Assembly (NCBI RefSeq): GCF_001194135.2 | Contig: NC_068987.1 | Coordinates: 107,545,595-107,578,729, forward strand | Direction: 5' to 3' | Length of the DNA: 33,135 nt | From: Octopus bimaculoides | Lineage: Eukaryota | Part shown: piece after piece, positions 1 to 12,317 of the stretch | How the letters are laid out: each line of letters begins with the position of its first letter | How positions within the stretch are numbered: position 1 is the first letter of the stretch | The notes under the pieces: generated by a model | What the model saw: the letters and a program-made list of their open reading frames with translations, nothing else | Database searches by the model: none | What the model was told of the DNA's origin: nothing | Program-made: the position numbers and the translations under genes

Positions 1-212
1 ATATATATATATATATATATATATACGTGATTTGATCAATAATTATGCGGACTGTTGCTATAGTAACGAACGTGATGCACGTAGGGTAAAGCTGCTTGGC
101 ACAGATAGACCTTAATCTCTGTTGTGCATGCGCTTTAATTTCTAACTTTACTTTCTTTGTTTACAGCAGTGCTTGGAAAGAAGGTGTGTATCGTGTGATC
201 GCTGCACTGACC

Positions 213-278
213 ATTACACATAATGTTCAGCACAGAATCTGCATCAAACGTTGTCAAACTTTTGGCGATACGCAAAGC
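213..278 (+). pseudogene. mariner transposase N-terminal fragment (left arm)
   Basis: Translates ITHNVQHRICIKRCQTFGDTQS, resembling the mariner N-terminal 'EQRICIKFCxKLGDT' HTH start. Confidence 0.65.
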
Positions 279-668
279 TTTCAAAATGCTTTCATCATCC
301 TCCACATAATGAAGGATCCTTGTGCAACTGAACACCCAGTGTCTTTTCCACTGAAAACACAAACTTGGTAGACACGTGTCTCATACCCAAATTTCCAGTG
401 ATAATTGATTGAACTGAAATGTAACTAATCTGCACATCTTCTTATAAGTTACACACGGTGATTCAAACATTTCTCCTCAAGACTTCACACACATCTGCGA
501 TATTTCCCTCAGTTCTGCTGGTTGCGGGTCTCCCAGAATGTTCGTTGATATCAACATACTTTCGGCCATCTTGGAAGCGTCGGAACCACTGGTATACTTT
601 TGTACGACGTTCTGCAATTTTGCGTCGGCCTCTGAGCAGATATCACCACGACAACTTTTGCTGTGATG
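279..668 (-). pseudogene. mariner transposase N-terminal half, decayed (right arm)
   Basis: Manual translation RTKVYQWFRRFQDGRKYVDINEHSGRPATSRTEGNIADVCEVLRRNV*ITVCNL*EDVQISYISVQSIITGNLGMRHVSTKFV, then after a frameshift LHYVEDDESILK. This fits a mariner HTH and linker, stops before the DDD domain, and has internal stops. Confidence 0.85.
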
Positions 669-863
669 GTTAATACAACGATCACACATCACACACGTTC
701 GTTTCCAAGCCATGCTGTGAACAGGAAGAATGAGCTAGGACATAGAAACTTAGTGTACATGCACAGCAAGATCTAGACCGATTTCTGCAAAGCGGCGTTA
801 CGCTGCGTGGTTTAGGTTCGTTACTATGGTGACACTCCGGACACTTATTGATGAGACCTCGTA

Positions 864-985
864 TATTATATATGTATTTGTGTGTGTGTGTCCGTGCGTG
901 CGTGTATATATATATATATATATATATGGAGAGAGAGAGAGAGAGGGAGAGAGAGAGAGGAAGAGAGAGAGAGAGATACATATAT
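864..985. repeat. compound (TA)/(TG)/(GA) microsatellite
   Basis: Directly visible dinucleotide runs. Confidence 0.95.
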
Positions 986-2046
986 ACATTGCAAAAGTGT
1001 AAAAGCGTAATAATTGCAAATAATAAAACGCGAAAATCAGTGTGTTGGAATTTCTTTCGTTAATACATCTATCTATCAGTACATAAATTGAATACTGAAA
1101 AAAGGGTCGTCAGAAGTTTGGAAAAAATCTTTTTATTTCTTCATTATCATTAGCGCTTTCGCTCGTTTCTCGAACTTGTCAAATAGAATTTTGTGAATGT
1201 AGAAACAGCTTGTTCATTAAAAAAAACAAAAAAACATGTTTTGGTGGGGTACTACTTTTTCACTCTAACTGGAAAAAGTTTCAAAGACTGAAACCGGTAC
1301 TAAAATGTTCTTCATGATAAAATTATTTTAGCATTTTCAACCTTCTCTTATTTCCCTTATATATATACATAATACGTACTTATAACTAAATTACTAAGGG
1401 TTATCACCCACCTATCTGTTATTAACTGTCCCTTTCGCAAACTTAAATCCTCTCTCATATTCTGAGTTTTCGTAGACACTTTACATTTTTTCAATGACGG
1501 ATTTATCTCGTATAGGGCATGCTATACGCATCCTGCTTTTAATCAGTCCATATTCATTTTATTGCCCCTCAGGTTCAGCAATCAAATTTGGGAGTTGATT
1601 GTTATTGTAAAGAACTGCAATGAATATCACATACTCCAGACTGGTGGCCGCAATATTTTAAGACATTTTTTTACTTCTTGTTAGTTTGTATTTAGTCCTA
1701 TCTTGTTTTTATTTAGCCCTATTCCTCTATTTCTAGTTTGCATCTTCTACTCATGGCTATAAATCGACAGCAGTGTGTGTAACTGTTTCTTGTCGTAACA
1801 AGAAGCTGAGCTTTGTTTAGAAGATGTAGATCTTTCGGCTTCAGCACCGTATCTCATAGGCATCAAGAAACTAAATTTGTAACCCTATCAAGCGATCGGT
1901 TTATTTCTGGTACCCTTTGCAGGTGAGTTTGGGTGGAGCTGCAATGGGTGAATTTGTGGTAGTTGAGGGTAGTTTCAACTTCGATATTCTTCTCCTCACT
2001 GCCGTTCTGTTGACGCAATCTCCGATGTGCACCCTCTCTGTCTCAG

Positions 2047-2090
<44 letters not shown>

Positions 2091-2960
2091 TCCCTGCGTT
2101 TCTCTATATATCTTTATTTGCCGTTTATTGGTTTAGGAAGATTTTTATTCATGTAACAATTTGCAACTTTTTATAAAAGGATTATTCGTCTCTGCATTGG
2201 CATATATTACCTTCTACACGTACAGTCATGTATATTCGATTTGCCATGTGTCGATAATCAACCCCCAAAACGCTGAAATATTTGTTCTTCATTCGCATGA
2301 TATAAAAAAATTACTTATTTTACAAAACGAGAGCAAAATGTAGAAATTTTCAAGGAAACCAACATTATATCAACAGGAAAAGGCAAGTGAGGACAGAAAA
2401 TGAAAGGAACTGCGATTACTTGGGCGAAATATCATGAACAATTTTCGAAAGCCCTGTTGCAAAGTGCTTAAGGCCAAATCGTGGAGTTGACTTATATTTG
2501 CAAGACATGCGATGAATTAAATGCGACAAAACATGTGATATGCAATTAAATATATATAAAATGAATATAAATTTTTCAAATATCCGGCAAATTTTCATAT
2601 TTATATATGGGATATATATATATTAAATACATGCATAACACGTACACACACATACACAAACGCACACGCACACACACATATATATCCAAAGACATATATT
2701 CATGCACGCATATATATTTATACGAGTGTGTGTGGCTTCATATGAGTGTGCGTGTGTGAGTACCCCACCAGGCTTCATAAATAATACCAAATAATATACA
2801 ATATTCGAAAAGGTTATGTAAAGTAATATATTTTGTTAAAAAGAAAGCAACTTAGCAACTTAAAGATACCCAATTCAAATTGCTTCATAAAAACATATGT
2901 TTGCGAGTGTACATACATATATGAACGTGTGAAGCGGCCACCACTTCCCTACAACCTCAC

Positions 2961-2963
<3 letters not shown>

Positions 2964-3057
<94 letters not shown>

Positions 3058-3069
3058 TGTGTGTGTGTG
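2964..3069. repeat. (TG)n microsatellite
   Basis: Near-perfect TG run. Confidence 0.98.
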
Positions 3070-3404
3070 CACGTACGTACTTATAGTGAATATCTTGATA
3101 TATTGCTATACAGATAATTGGATGTATAGACATATACAGGAAATGCGATATGGACATATAGAAATTCAACAGAAATGTTCAGTAAGTTGTGCAGTTAAGA
3201 GAAAAAGAGAGCGAAAGATAGAAAAGGAGAGAGATATAGAGTGAGAATGACTTGGCAAGAGAGTGAAAGAGAGCAAATGAGACTGGGAGGAAGATTGTTC
3301 ATGACGAAATATATTGAATTTTAGATGTGCGATAGATAAAAATAGACATACAAAGCAGTAGATATATGTGATAGAATTTCAATACATAGATATTTTAACT
3401 GTCA

Positions 3405-3740
3405 CTAGACACACGAACACACACACGAACACACGCGCACACGCACACACACACACACACAGACACAGACACACACACACAGACACACACACACACACAC
3501 ACACATACACACACTCACACACACTTGCACACCAAACGCACACATACGAGCACACCACAGATTCGCACACACATATACACGCTCACGAAACACGTTTGTT
3601 TCATTGCTACATATGTGCCAAGGAATATCAACCACACAAGCATATAGGACATTGTAAACGCACAGACAGTCACATGCAAACACACGAAAACACGCACACA
3701 CTGACACACTCACATACACACGCTCACATACACACGCATA
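3405..3740. repeat. degenerate (CA)n low-complexity tract
   Basis: CA-periodic sequence that produces the His/Thr and Cys/Val pseudo-ORFs. Confidence 0.9.
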
Positions 3741-3956
3741 TTTCAGTACAAACATGGCCGAAATATATGTAGGCCAAAGGTGATCCTAGATATAAATTGA
3801 CCAATGTCTCAGGAGATAAGCGAATAAGGTTAGTCAAATAGTGGTGGTATAATACACAAGTTATAAGCTGTGCTTTTATATCTGAAACTATACTGGGAAA
3901 ACGTAGCTTCAGTATGGTGTGGTTTGCTGGTGTATTAACGGGGACTTCGGCACATA

Positions 3957-4152
3957 GGTGGAGGCGTGACTGTGTGTGAAGAAGTTCGATTTCCAGCCTC
4001 ATGGTTCGGGGTTTAGTCTCACTGCACGGAACATGGGATGAGAGTTTTCTGTTTTATATGCTAGGACCGACTAAAGGCTTATGAGTGGATATAGTAGACG
4101 GAAACTGAAAGGAACCTGTAGTAAATGTACAAATATGTGTGTGTGTGTGTGT

Positions 4153-4184
<32 letters not shown>
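3957..4184 (+). mobile_element. tRNA-derived SINE family A, diverged 5' half ending at a gap
   Basis: Similar to the copies at 25205-25673 and 27427-27951 (GTGAGTGGATTTGGTAGACGGAAACTGAAAGAAG-like motif), followed by a TG microsatellite. Confidence 0.75.
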
Positions 4185-5294
4185 NNNNNNNNNNNNNNNN
4201 NNNNNNNNNNNNNNNNNNNNNNNNNNNNNNNNNNNNNNNNNNNNNNNNNNNNNNNNNNNNNNNNNNNNNNNNNNNNNNNNNNNNNNNNNNNNNNNNNNNN
4301 NNNNNNNNNNNNNNNNNNNNNNNNNNNNNNNNNNNNNNNNNNNNNNNNNNNNNNNNNNNNNNNNNNNNNNNNNNNNNNNNNNNNNNNNNNNNNNNNNNNN
4401 NNNNNNNNNNNNNNNNNNNNNNNNNNNNNNNNNNNNNNNNNNNNNNNNNNNNNNNNNNNNNNNNNNNNNNNNNNNNNNNNNNNNNNNNNNNNNNNNNNNN
4501 NNNNNNNNNNNNNNNNNNNNNNNNNNNNNNNNNNNNNNNNNNNNNNNNNNNNNNNNNNNNNNNNNNNNNNNNNNNNNNNNNNNNNNNNNNNNNNNNNNNN
4601 NNNNNNNNNNNNNNNNNNNNNNNNNNNNNNNNNNNNNNNNNNNNNNNNNNNNNNNNNNNNNNNNNNNNNNNNNNNNNNNNNNNNNNNNNNNNNNNNNNNN
4701 NNNNNNNNNNNNNNNNNNNNNNNNNNNNNNNNNNNNNNNNNNNNNNNNNNNNNNNNNNNNNNNNNNNNNNNNNNNNNNNNNNNNNNNNNNNNNNNNNNNN
4801 NNNNNNNNNNNNNNNNNNNNNNNNNNNNNNNNNNNNNNNNNAATTAAATATATAAAGGCGAATACGTATTTTCATACCTTGTGGTATTCATCATGGCCTA
4901 CATCTGACAGACTGTAACAGACTGTAACAGACTGGCTGGTTTTCTGTCTTTTATACTTATTCCTTTGGACAGCAGCACTATGTGTTTGGCTACTTTTTAG
5001 AATTGATGCCAAGTTTATTTTTAGAAATGATGACATTTCAGAGATTTTTTTGTGTTTTAGTTATAGGGATAAGATTTTTAAACCCCAAGTAAGATAAATT
5101 TAATCATTTTTTTTTAAGAGTGGGATTGAATTTCTTAATAAAGTCCTTTTCTTTGCATTTTCTCTAAAGTTCACTCCGGTTGTAAAGTTTATGAAATGGA
5201 AATATAATAAAAGATTCACGACCACATGTTGCCAGATGGTTACGCAGTGGTATTTGGCGCACTTCTGAGCTTTTAATCTGTTGTCGATGCACAC

Positions 5295-5369
5295 GTGAGC
5301 GTTCCGATGGTGCATTACCTGAAGAACTGTACGTTGGCCAGACAGGTAATGCACTATCGGAACGCTCAC
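5295..5369. repeat. 27-bp near-perfect inverted repeat with 21-nt spacer
   Basis: GTGAGCGTTCCGATGGTGCATTACCTG / CAGGTAATGCACTATCGGAACGCTCAC, one mismatch (G-U compatible). The right arm ends at the N-gap. Confidence 0.95.
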
Positions 5370-6544
5370 NNNNNNNNNNNNNNNNNNNNNNNNNNNNNNN
5401 NNNNNNNNNNNNNNNNNNNNNNNNNNNNNNNNNNNNNNNNNNNNNNNNNNNNNNNNNNNNNNNNNNNNNNNNNNNNNNNNNNNNNNNNNNNNNNNNNNNN
5501 NNNNNNNNNNNAAAAAAAAAAAAATATATATATATATAAATAAGAAAATGAAAATACCAATACATCTTAGTGTCTTTAAGCTTTTAAAGTTCAATAATAT
5601 TCGATGGAAAAACTTATTTGAAGGATTAGGATGCATGTGTTTCAGCTTAGTGTTTCGTTCAAGAAGGCTGGATTTTTATGAGAGGCGAATGGTTTTGTTA
5701 AGCGGTGACGAGTTTTACAATTCTGTAAATAATAATAATGGTAGCTTTTGTATAAGCTTAAACCTTATAGAGTCACCATACAAATGACTAAGAAAATGGT
5801 CTAATAAAGGGATATATAAACATTCGACTGAAAAAGGTAGGCTCTCCCGTACTTTTTACTATTTTTTTTCTGTCGAGGGCTTATATGCCTTATTATTAAA
5901 TTATTTTCCTTAGTCATTTACGCGTTGACCGCTATATATATATATATGTATATGTATACATACATATATTATGCATGTATTCATACATACACATATAATG
6001 TATGTATGTATATAAACATATATTTGGTAAAATGTTCTTGAAGTACATTGTGTTGAAACACTCCGTTAGACAGTAAATGTCGAACAGACCCCGGTGAATA
6101 CGAACCTAGATCTTCTTTAGCATTGTCTATCGCCAAAGGTTTTTCCACCTAATATTTACATGCTATTATTTATTGCATTAATGTACTTCGAGAACCAATT
6201 CCCAAAAATTATTCTTTCGCATTCCTTCGAAACAGTATAATTTTTATGTCGCCAACAATATATAAACACGTGCATACATACACGCATACACACACATTAA
6301 TATATATTAAATTTAATACATTATCCATAATTTATATCCATGTGTCTTGTTTCCATTGTGATATTATTATATTACAGCTCCCGATATGACATAATCCGAT
6401 ATTACATTCAAATTCATAGGGCATTTATCTGAACTTTCCAACAATATATTCTTGAAGTATTCGAGAAATATGTATTTCTACTTCTTTAATTTAAGCACAA
6501 AAACACAAAGATATACATACGTATGTAATATGAGTCTCTTCCGC

Positions 6545-7200
6545 CCTCTTACTCTCCTCTCTCTCTCCCCTCTCTCTCTCCTCTCTCTCCCCTCTCTCTC
6601 TTCCCTCTCTCTCCCCCGCCTCTCTCTCTCTCTCTCTGTATGTGTATATATATACACATATGTATATATATGTATTACATGTATATATATGTATATATAT
6701 ATATATGCGCGTGTACACACATACATACATATATATATGTATATNNNNNNNNNNNNNNNNNNNNNNNNNNNNNNNNNNNNNNNNNNNNNNNNNNNNNNNN
6801 NNNNNNNNNNNNNNNNNNNNNNNNNNNNNNNNNNNNNNNNNNNNNNNNNNNNNNNNNNNNNNNNNNNNNNNNNNNNNNNNNNNNNNNNNNNNNNNNNNNN
6901 NNNNNNNNNNNNNNNNNNNNNNNNNNNNNNNNNNNNNNNNTATATATATATATATATATATTTATATATGTGTGTATATACATGTATCGCTATATGTATG
7001 TGAACGTATATACATATTTAAGTATACACATAGATACTCATCTTTATACATATACATCTGTGTACGATGGGTTTGGATGCCCAAACGCGCGCGCATGCAC
7101 ACACGTATACACACACTACAGCTCCCACACACACACAAGCAGACACACAAACATACTTAAACACACACGTACATTCGTATACATAAGCATGTGCAAACTC
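6545..7200. repeat. compound (CT)/(TA)/(CA) microsatellite region with gap
   Basis: Directly visible. Confidence 0.9.
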
Positions 7201-7453
7201 TTTCAATATGGATTTATAACAAACTGATTGTTATAGGTGGTTGGCTCAAGCTTCTGATAAAAAATCATTTACAAATATCACTTCATGAATGATCTGAATG
7301 GTTTTCTTTCTTTTTTTTTTTTTTGAATTTTCTCCTCTTTGTAGTCGCAGTCTTTTTGCCATTGTGGAGGTCCGATAATAATCTTGCCCCCCGCCCCCGC
7401 TGTTTCTATAATTTCTTTTTCTACCCATTCTCACTTGTGTCTCTTTTTACTTG

Positions 7454-7640
7454 TTCATCGTTAAATAAAATAGTTACCTAAACGAATGTTTTATTTAAAG
7501 TGATGAGGCAAACAACATTAAATTAATTTACGTTACACCACTTACAAGAAGTTGCTCATATTTCCATCATTATCAACTTGCTTAAAATAGATTTGATATT
7601 GGTTATATATTTCCTGCGGCTAACTTATTATTTGATTTTT
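7454..7640 (+). repeat. direct repeat, copy 1 (pair with 8995-9182)
   Basis: Shared blocks TTCATCGTTAAATAAAATAGTTA, GGCAAACAACATTAAATTAATTTAC, CATCATTATCAACTTG and TGATATTGGT. Confidence 0.9.
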
Positions 7641-8994
7641 AAATATGACTCATTCTACTAAACAGTCACTTAACCAGCTTGAAATCATACTCTCGCACAT
7701 TTATAAAATAAGGATCTGTAAATAATATTTTCAAGTTAAATCATGGTTGAAAATTTAAGTTTAAGGCGTTCCTGAGCGGACAACATCTCAGCATATATCA
7801 GTTGGATGAATGCTGATTATAGGTTTTAGGAAACCAAAATAATATTGTAAGAGCTCTATGGCATCGTTTAAAAGAGAGAGCGACTACGATGTCACCTATT
7901 TTAGAAATAGTGGCTCCATGAAACTCAAATCACACTATATATTCACAACAATAAAGAAAGAGAAATTGAGTGATTTATCTTTACTTTTACTACGTATGAT
8001 CAAATATTAAACGCTCGCTACTGTGAAAGCTGTGTTCAATATTATCAAAACTGCGGTTATACGACATGGACAACACCGGTAATATATACAAGCTATACTG
8101 ATCATACAACGCGCCAAGGATATAGTGACTACATTTTAGTTGAAAACTAGAAATGGCAGCAAGATCTTTCTTAAAATGGCGGCATATTTCTTTTTTCAGA
8201 AAGCAAGGGACGTAATTCTAGCTCTAGACATAAGCTAGCTTAGAAGCTGCACACCACGCAGACTTTTCAGCTAGCTCCTGCTAATTGGGTCTGCAATCTA
8301 AAACTAAAGAGAGCTAAATAGCATGACTTGACAATAATACATCTATAATGACTATTTGCCCCGGTGGTGTTTGATCAGAGGTGAAGGACGGATGCGAATT
8401 AATTTTGTAACGCAATTATTTTATTGTTTCAATCCCAAGTTGAATTTCACCTGTTGGCTATTTTTTTCTAAAGTTCTTATCTCGACGTAAAATTAACGAA
8501 GTGAATGTCATCTGTCTCCTCCTTGATCTCTGACATTATCTAACAAATGCAAACCCAGATGGTGTGAATCAGCCAAGCTGTACCTGCAAGAAGTAGCAAC
8601 CTAATTCTTTTTAAAACAGATCGCAAAACTCGATGTTCATGAACCAAACAAATGGCAGATTTTCAATCTTGGGATCATCCTGATTCCAAAAAGCCGTAAT
8701 ATGTCTATGTAGAGCATATGTAGACTAAGATACTGGGGTCTCAGATAGACAGAATTTCACTTTTATTATTTTACATGAAAAAATTTTAAAAAAAAAATCA
8801 ATACCTCCATAACTTGAAGACTTTGTTCATAGTACGGCTGAGGACCAAATGCTAACAGCAACAACCAACACAAAAAAAAAATGCAAATAATAATGATGAC
8901 GACACGATACGTTAACCAATCTCAATTAATAACTGCTTTTGAAGACTACTCGAAGAGAAAGCAATCGTATTCCTCTTCCACGTGATTTGAAATA

Positions 8995-9182
8995 TTCATC
9001 GTTAAATAAAATAGTTAACTAAGCGAATTATTCATTTAAAGTGCTGGGGCAAACAACATTAAATTAATTTACATTGCTCCAGTTACGAGGAGATGCTCCT
9101 ATTTGCATCATTATCAACTTGGTTAAAATAAATATATGATATTGGTGATATATTTCGTGCTGGTAGCCTATTATTTGGTTTG
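8995..9182 (+). repeat. direct repeat, copy 2 (pair with 7454-7640)
   Basis: Same blocks, collinear, roughly 80% identical by eye. Confidence 0.9.
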
Positions 9183-9665
9183 AAAAAAAAAGTATTGAGA
9201 AAACGGTTATATGGTAAGTGAAAACATATTAGGCATTCATTCATATTAATTTCATGACACAATATTACCTCAAATACATCATCATACATACTCTACCCTC
9301 ATTTTAGTCGGAAATATTTCTAGCAATTAGAGTGACCATTTAGAGGCTTTGTTTCTTTGTGTATTTACATGACAGGTTTTAGTTTAGTTTCAAACATACC
9401 AACTTATGTACGTTAAAACGATTCACTTATATTCAGTAGAGTTGGCAATACTGTAATAGGTTGGGTAGTAAGTTACTTCTTTTCTTCGATTCAAGATTTT
9501 TTTCTCTTTGCAAAACGCGCTCTTTGACCGACGTCATTCCGTTATTATTTATATTCAAGTTGTTAAGTGAAGTGGGTAGCGCTGAAAATATTTTCTATCT
9601 GTACTGATCTTATATATTTTACTTCCCTTATTTCAAAATATCTTCAAAATTTGTAACAGAACCGA

Positions 9666-9800
9666 AGAGGTGAGCTAGCAGAGTCGTTAGCTCATCAAGC
9701 AGGCAGTAATTCTTTGTGGCATTTCCTCCGCTTATAGGTTCTGAGTTCAAATACTCCCGATGTCAAATTTGCTTTTCATCTCTTCGGAATCGATAAATTT
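9666..9800 (+). mobile_element. SINE family B, decayed
   Basis: GAGCTAGCAGAGTCGTTAGC ... GTTCTGAGTTCAAAT ... TTTCATCTCTTCGGAATCGATAAA; homologous to 14146-14305. Confidence 0.65.
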
Positions 9801-9880
9801 TTGTCTAGAGCTGTAACAAATATTGATTTCAAATTTTGGTACTATGCAAGTAAGTTCGATGGATGAGATTAATGGGTTAT

Positions 9881-10008
9881 GTCGACCCCGGTGTACAACT
9901 GGTACTTATTTTGTTGATAGCCAAAAAGATGCAAGCCAAATCAGTGATTTGAACTCAGAATGGTGAGATGGAAGAATGGCCGTTTAGCAATCTACCCGGT
10001 GCGTTGAC
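9881..10008 (-). mobile_element. SINE family B, decayed, opposite orientation
   Basis: GTCGACCCCGGTGTACAACTGGTACTTATTTT ... TTTGAACTCAGAA; reverse complement of family B motifs. Confidence 0.65.
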
Positions 10009-10379
10009 AGAAAGAAATAATAAGAGAATCAGTTTAATGAAGGTACTAAAACAAGGCAATGGAACTCTCATGATACGCACAGAAATTTTAATAAAGCACC
10101 TTTGCGAAGGAGATGGAAGCGGTAATCTTCTGCACGGGTGTATAACAAGGGTATGTAAAAGTTTAGGACATTAAAGAACCAAGGGATTACTTAATGCAAT
10201 TTGTGCGTGATTCAGATGCTAATACAGGTGGTAATGTGTAACATAGTTCCAAATAAATCAATGCTTTCCAAACTGGATGCAGAGGTTTAGTGCAAAGTAA
10301 TCCGAGCATGTGGTGATTTAAAGACCACTGGTCACTAAGAAAGGCAAGCCTTGTACGAAAATATCAGCGTTACATGGAT

Positions 10380-10560
10380 TTGAGAGATTTATATTGGAGA
10401 AGTTGAAAAGTTTAAATTACGGCATGTCGTTCGTAAATATGAAGTCTGGTGAAAGATAGTTACATAAACGATTACCCTGGTTTGGTTGGAAACATGATTT
10501 TTAATGATTTATAAGACAGAGTTTCATTAGACAGTCAAATTTGATAATCTTCCACTCTCC
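10380..10560 (+). mobile_element. possible RTE-clade LINE relic
   Basis: KRLPWFGWKH at about 10466-10495 resembles the RTE C-terminal 'RRLRWFGHV' motif. This is one weak motif only. Confidence 0.25.
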
Positions 10561-10852
10561 AGATCGCTAAAAGGTCGGACTGGCGAAAATGCACTCTAAA
10601 TATTAGATTTATGAATAAAAGTTATCCGATGTTAGATAAGTGTAGTATCATAAAATTCCTGTAGTTGTTATTTAGACACAGATCAGCTCTGATTTGGCAA
10701 ACATGGTATGAAAACCATTGAGGCCGTGATCTTTCTATCTTTTTCTATATGAATAAATGCAATATTAAATCGTTCATTTTGTTCTAGTCGGTTGGTGTAA
10801 TTTTTACTGTGCAATGTAATATTCTACGTATGCAATTATCGAAGAAGCATGG

Positions 10853-10972
10853 CTTCTTCTTCTTCTTCTTCTTCTTCTTCTTCTTCTTCTTCTTCTTCTT
10901 CTTCTTCTTCTTCTTCTTCGTCATCTTCTTCTTCTTCTTCTTCTTCTTCTTCTTCTTCTTCTTCTTCTTCTT

Positions 10973-11062
<90 letters not shown>
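10853..11062. repeat. compound trinucleotide microsatellite (CTT)n-(ATT)n
   Basis: CTT run 10853-11002 with one CGTCAT interruption, directly followed by an ATT run to 11062. Confidence 0.98.
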
Positions 11063-11378
11063 GCAATATAAGCAACTACAAGATGGCGATGCTGCGTGAA
11101 TGTGTGCACGAGTGTGTGTGTGTATGTGCACGTTTGCGCGTGTGTGTGTATTTATAGCTGGGCATGAGTGTGTATACGAAGGCGTATGCATATGTGTGAG
11201 TTTAAAATAATCATATAGTAAACACTAATTGACGATAAATTAACAAATACACAAGGAGTTATAAAAGGAGGCATTGAAAAATCCATTTAAGCGGACAAGC
11301 ACAAGTAGATAAACAGATCATGCATATATCTGTATGTGTGTCTGTGTGTGAGTGTATGTGTGCACGCGTGCTTCAAGA

Positions 11379-11414
<36 letters not shown>

Positions 11415-11443
11415 GGGATATGTACACACACACACACACACAC

Positions 11444-11474
<31 letters not shown>

Positions 11475-11747
11475 AATATATATATATATAGAGATAGACG
11501 AATGTATGGATATATATATCCATACATTCGTCTATCTATAGACTGATATATCTTAGATATATGTGAGTACACGTACATTTAAATAGAAAAAGCGACAGAC
11601 ACATAGAAACACACGCAAGCGCGTGCACACTAACACAGGTACAGACACGCACAAGTACATCTATTATAATTGTGCGCATGTATATATGTATATTCATATA
11701 TCTATATGTGCATATGTATATGTGTGTGCCTTTGTGCGTGTGCGAGC

Positions 11748-11780
<33 letters not shown>

Positions 11781-12258
11781 TGTAAACGCAGACGTACATA
11801 AATATAAGTATATATATACATCCATGCATAAGTGATGCATGAAGAGATATTCTGACTGACTGATTAATCTGGGGAAGGAATACGGGTTAGCATTTTTGTA
11901 TGTTTTGTATGTGCACCGGTATGTGTGTGTAAGTGTATATCTGTATGTGTAGACGCGAGAGTTCGTGTGTCTGAGAAGGAAAAGATAACTCGTTTGAATA
12001 GAGAAAGATAATGGGAAATGGGAAAATTAATATTTCTAACATTATTGATGCTAAGACAATATTAAGTCATATGGATATAACGAGAAAGAGAGAGGGTGCG
12101 AGAACAAATCTCAGAGCAAAAAGGTAAAAAAAGAGGGTGAGAGAGGGGGAGAGGGAACAATAGAGAGACAGCGAGAGAGAATAAGAGTGAGTGAGAGTGG
12201 GGAAAGGGGAAAGGTGAATCAAATAGAGAGTAATAGTGAAATAGAAAATTATAGATAA

Positions 12259-12317
<59 letters not shown>

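Larger units (their letters stand above)
24..863. mobile_element. Tc1/mariner non-autonomous element made of two opposed 5' halves (MITE-like)
   Basis: TA at both ends. Terminal inverted repeats 24-71 and 816-863 match at 37/48 nt (TACGTGATTTGATCAATAA.. vs revcomp TACGAGGTCTCATCAATAA..). Inverted similarity continues to about 215 and 663. Transposase remnants lie on both strands. Confidence 0.85.

Noticed and set aside
1380-2040. Higher-complexity stretch that might be an old LINE/ORF1 relic
   Set aside because: No frame stays open and I could not identify a diagnostic motif; left unclassified.
4054-4917. Long ORFs (240-329 aa) here and at 12062-13166, 15250-15931 and 31527-32489
   Set aside because: They consist of X from N-gaps plus dinucleotide-repeat translations (HT, CV, YI) and are artefacts.
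4895-4924. 10-bp tandem (ACAGACTGTA) x~3; similar short tandem duplications at about 19918-19968 and 23488-23540
   Set aside because: Simple slippage duplications with no spacer structure; not a CRISPR-like array.
10784-11191. Poly-K/N, poly-F/L and poly-S/Y ORFs
   Set aside because: Translations of the (CTT)(ATT) microsatellite.
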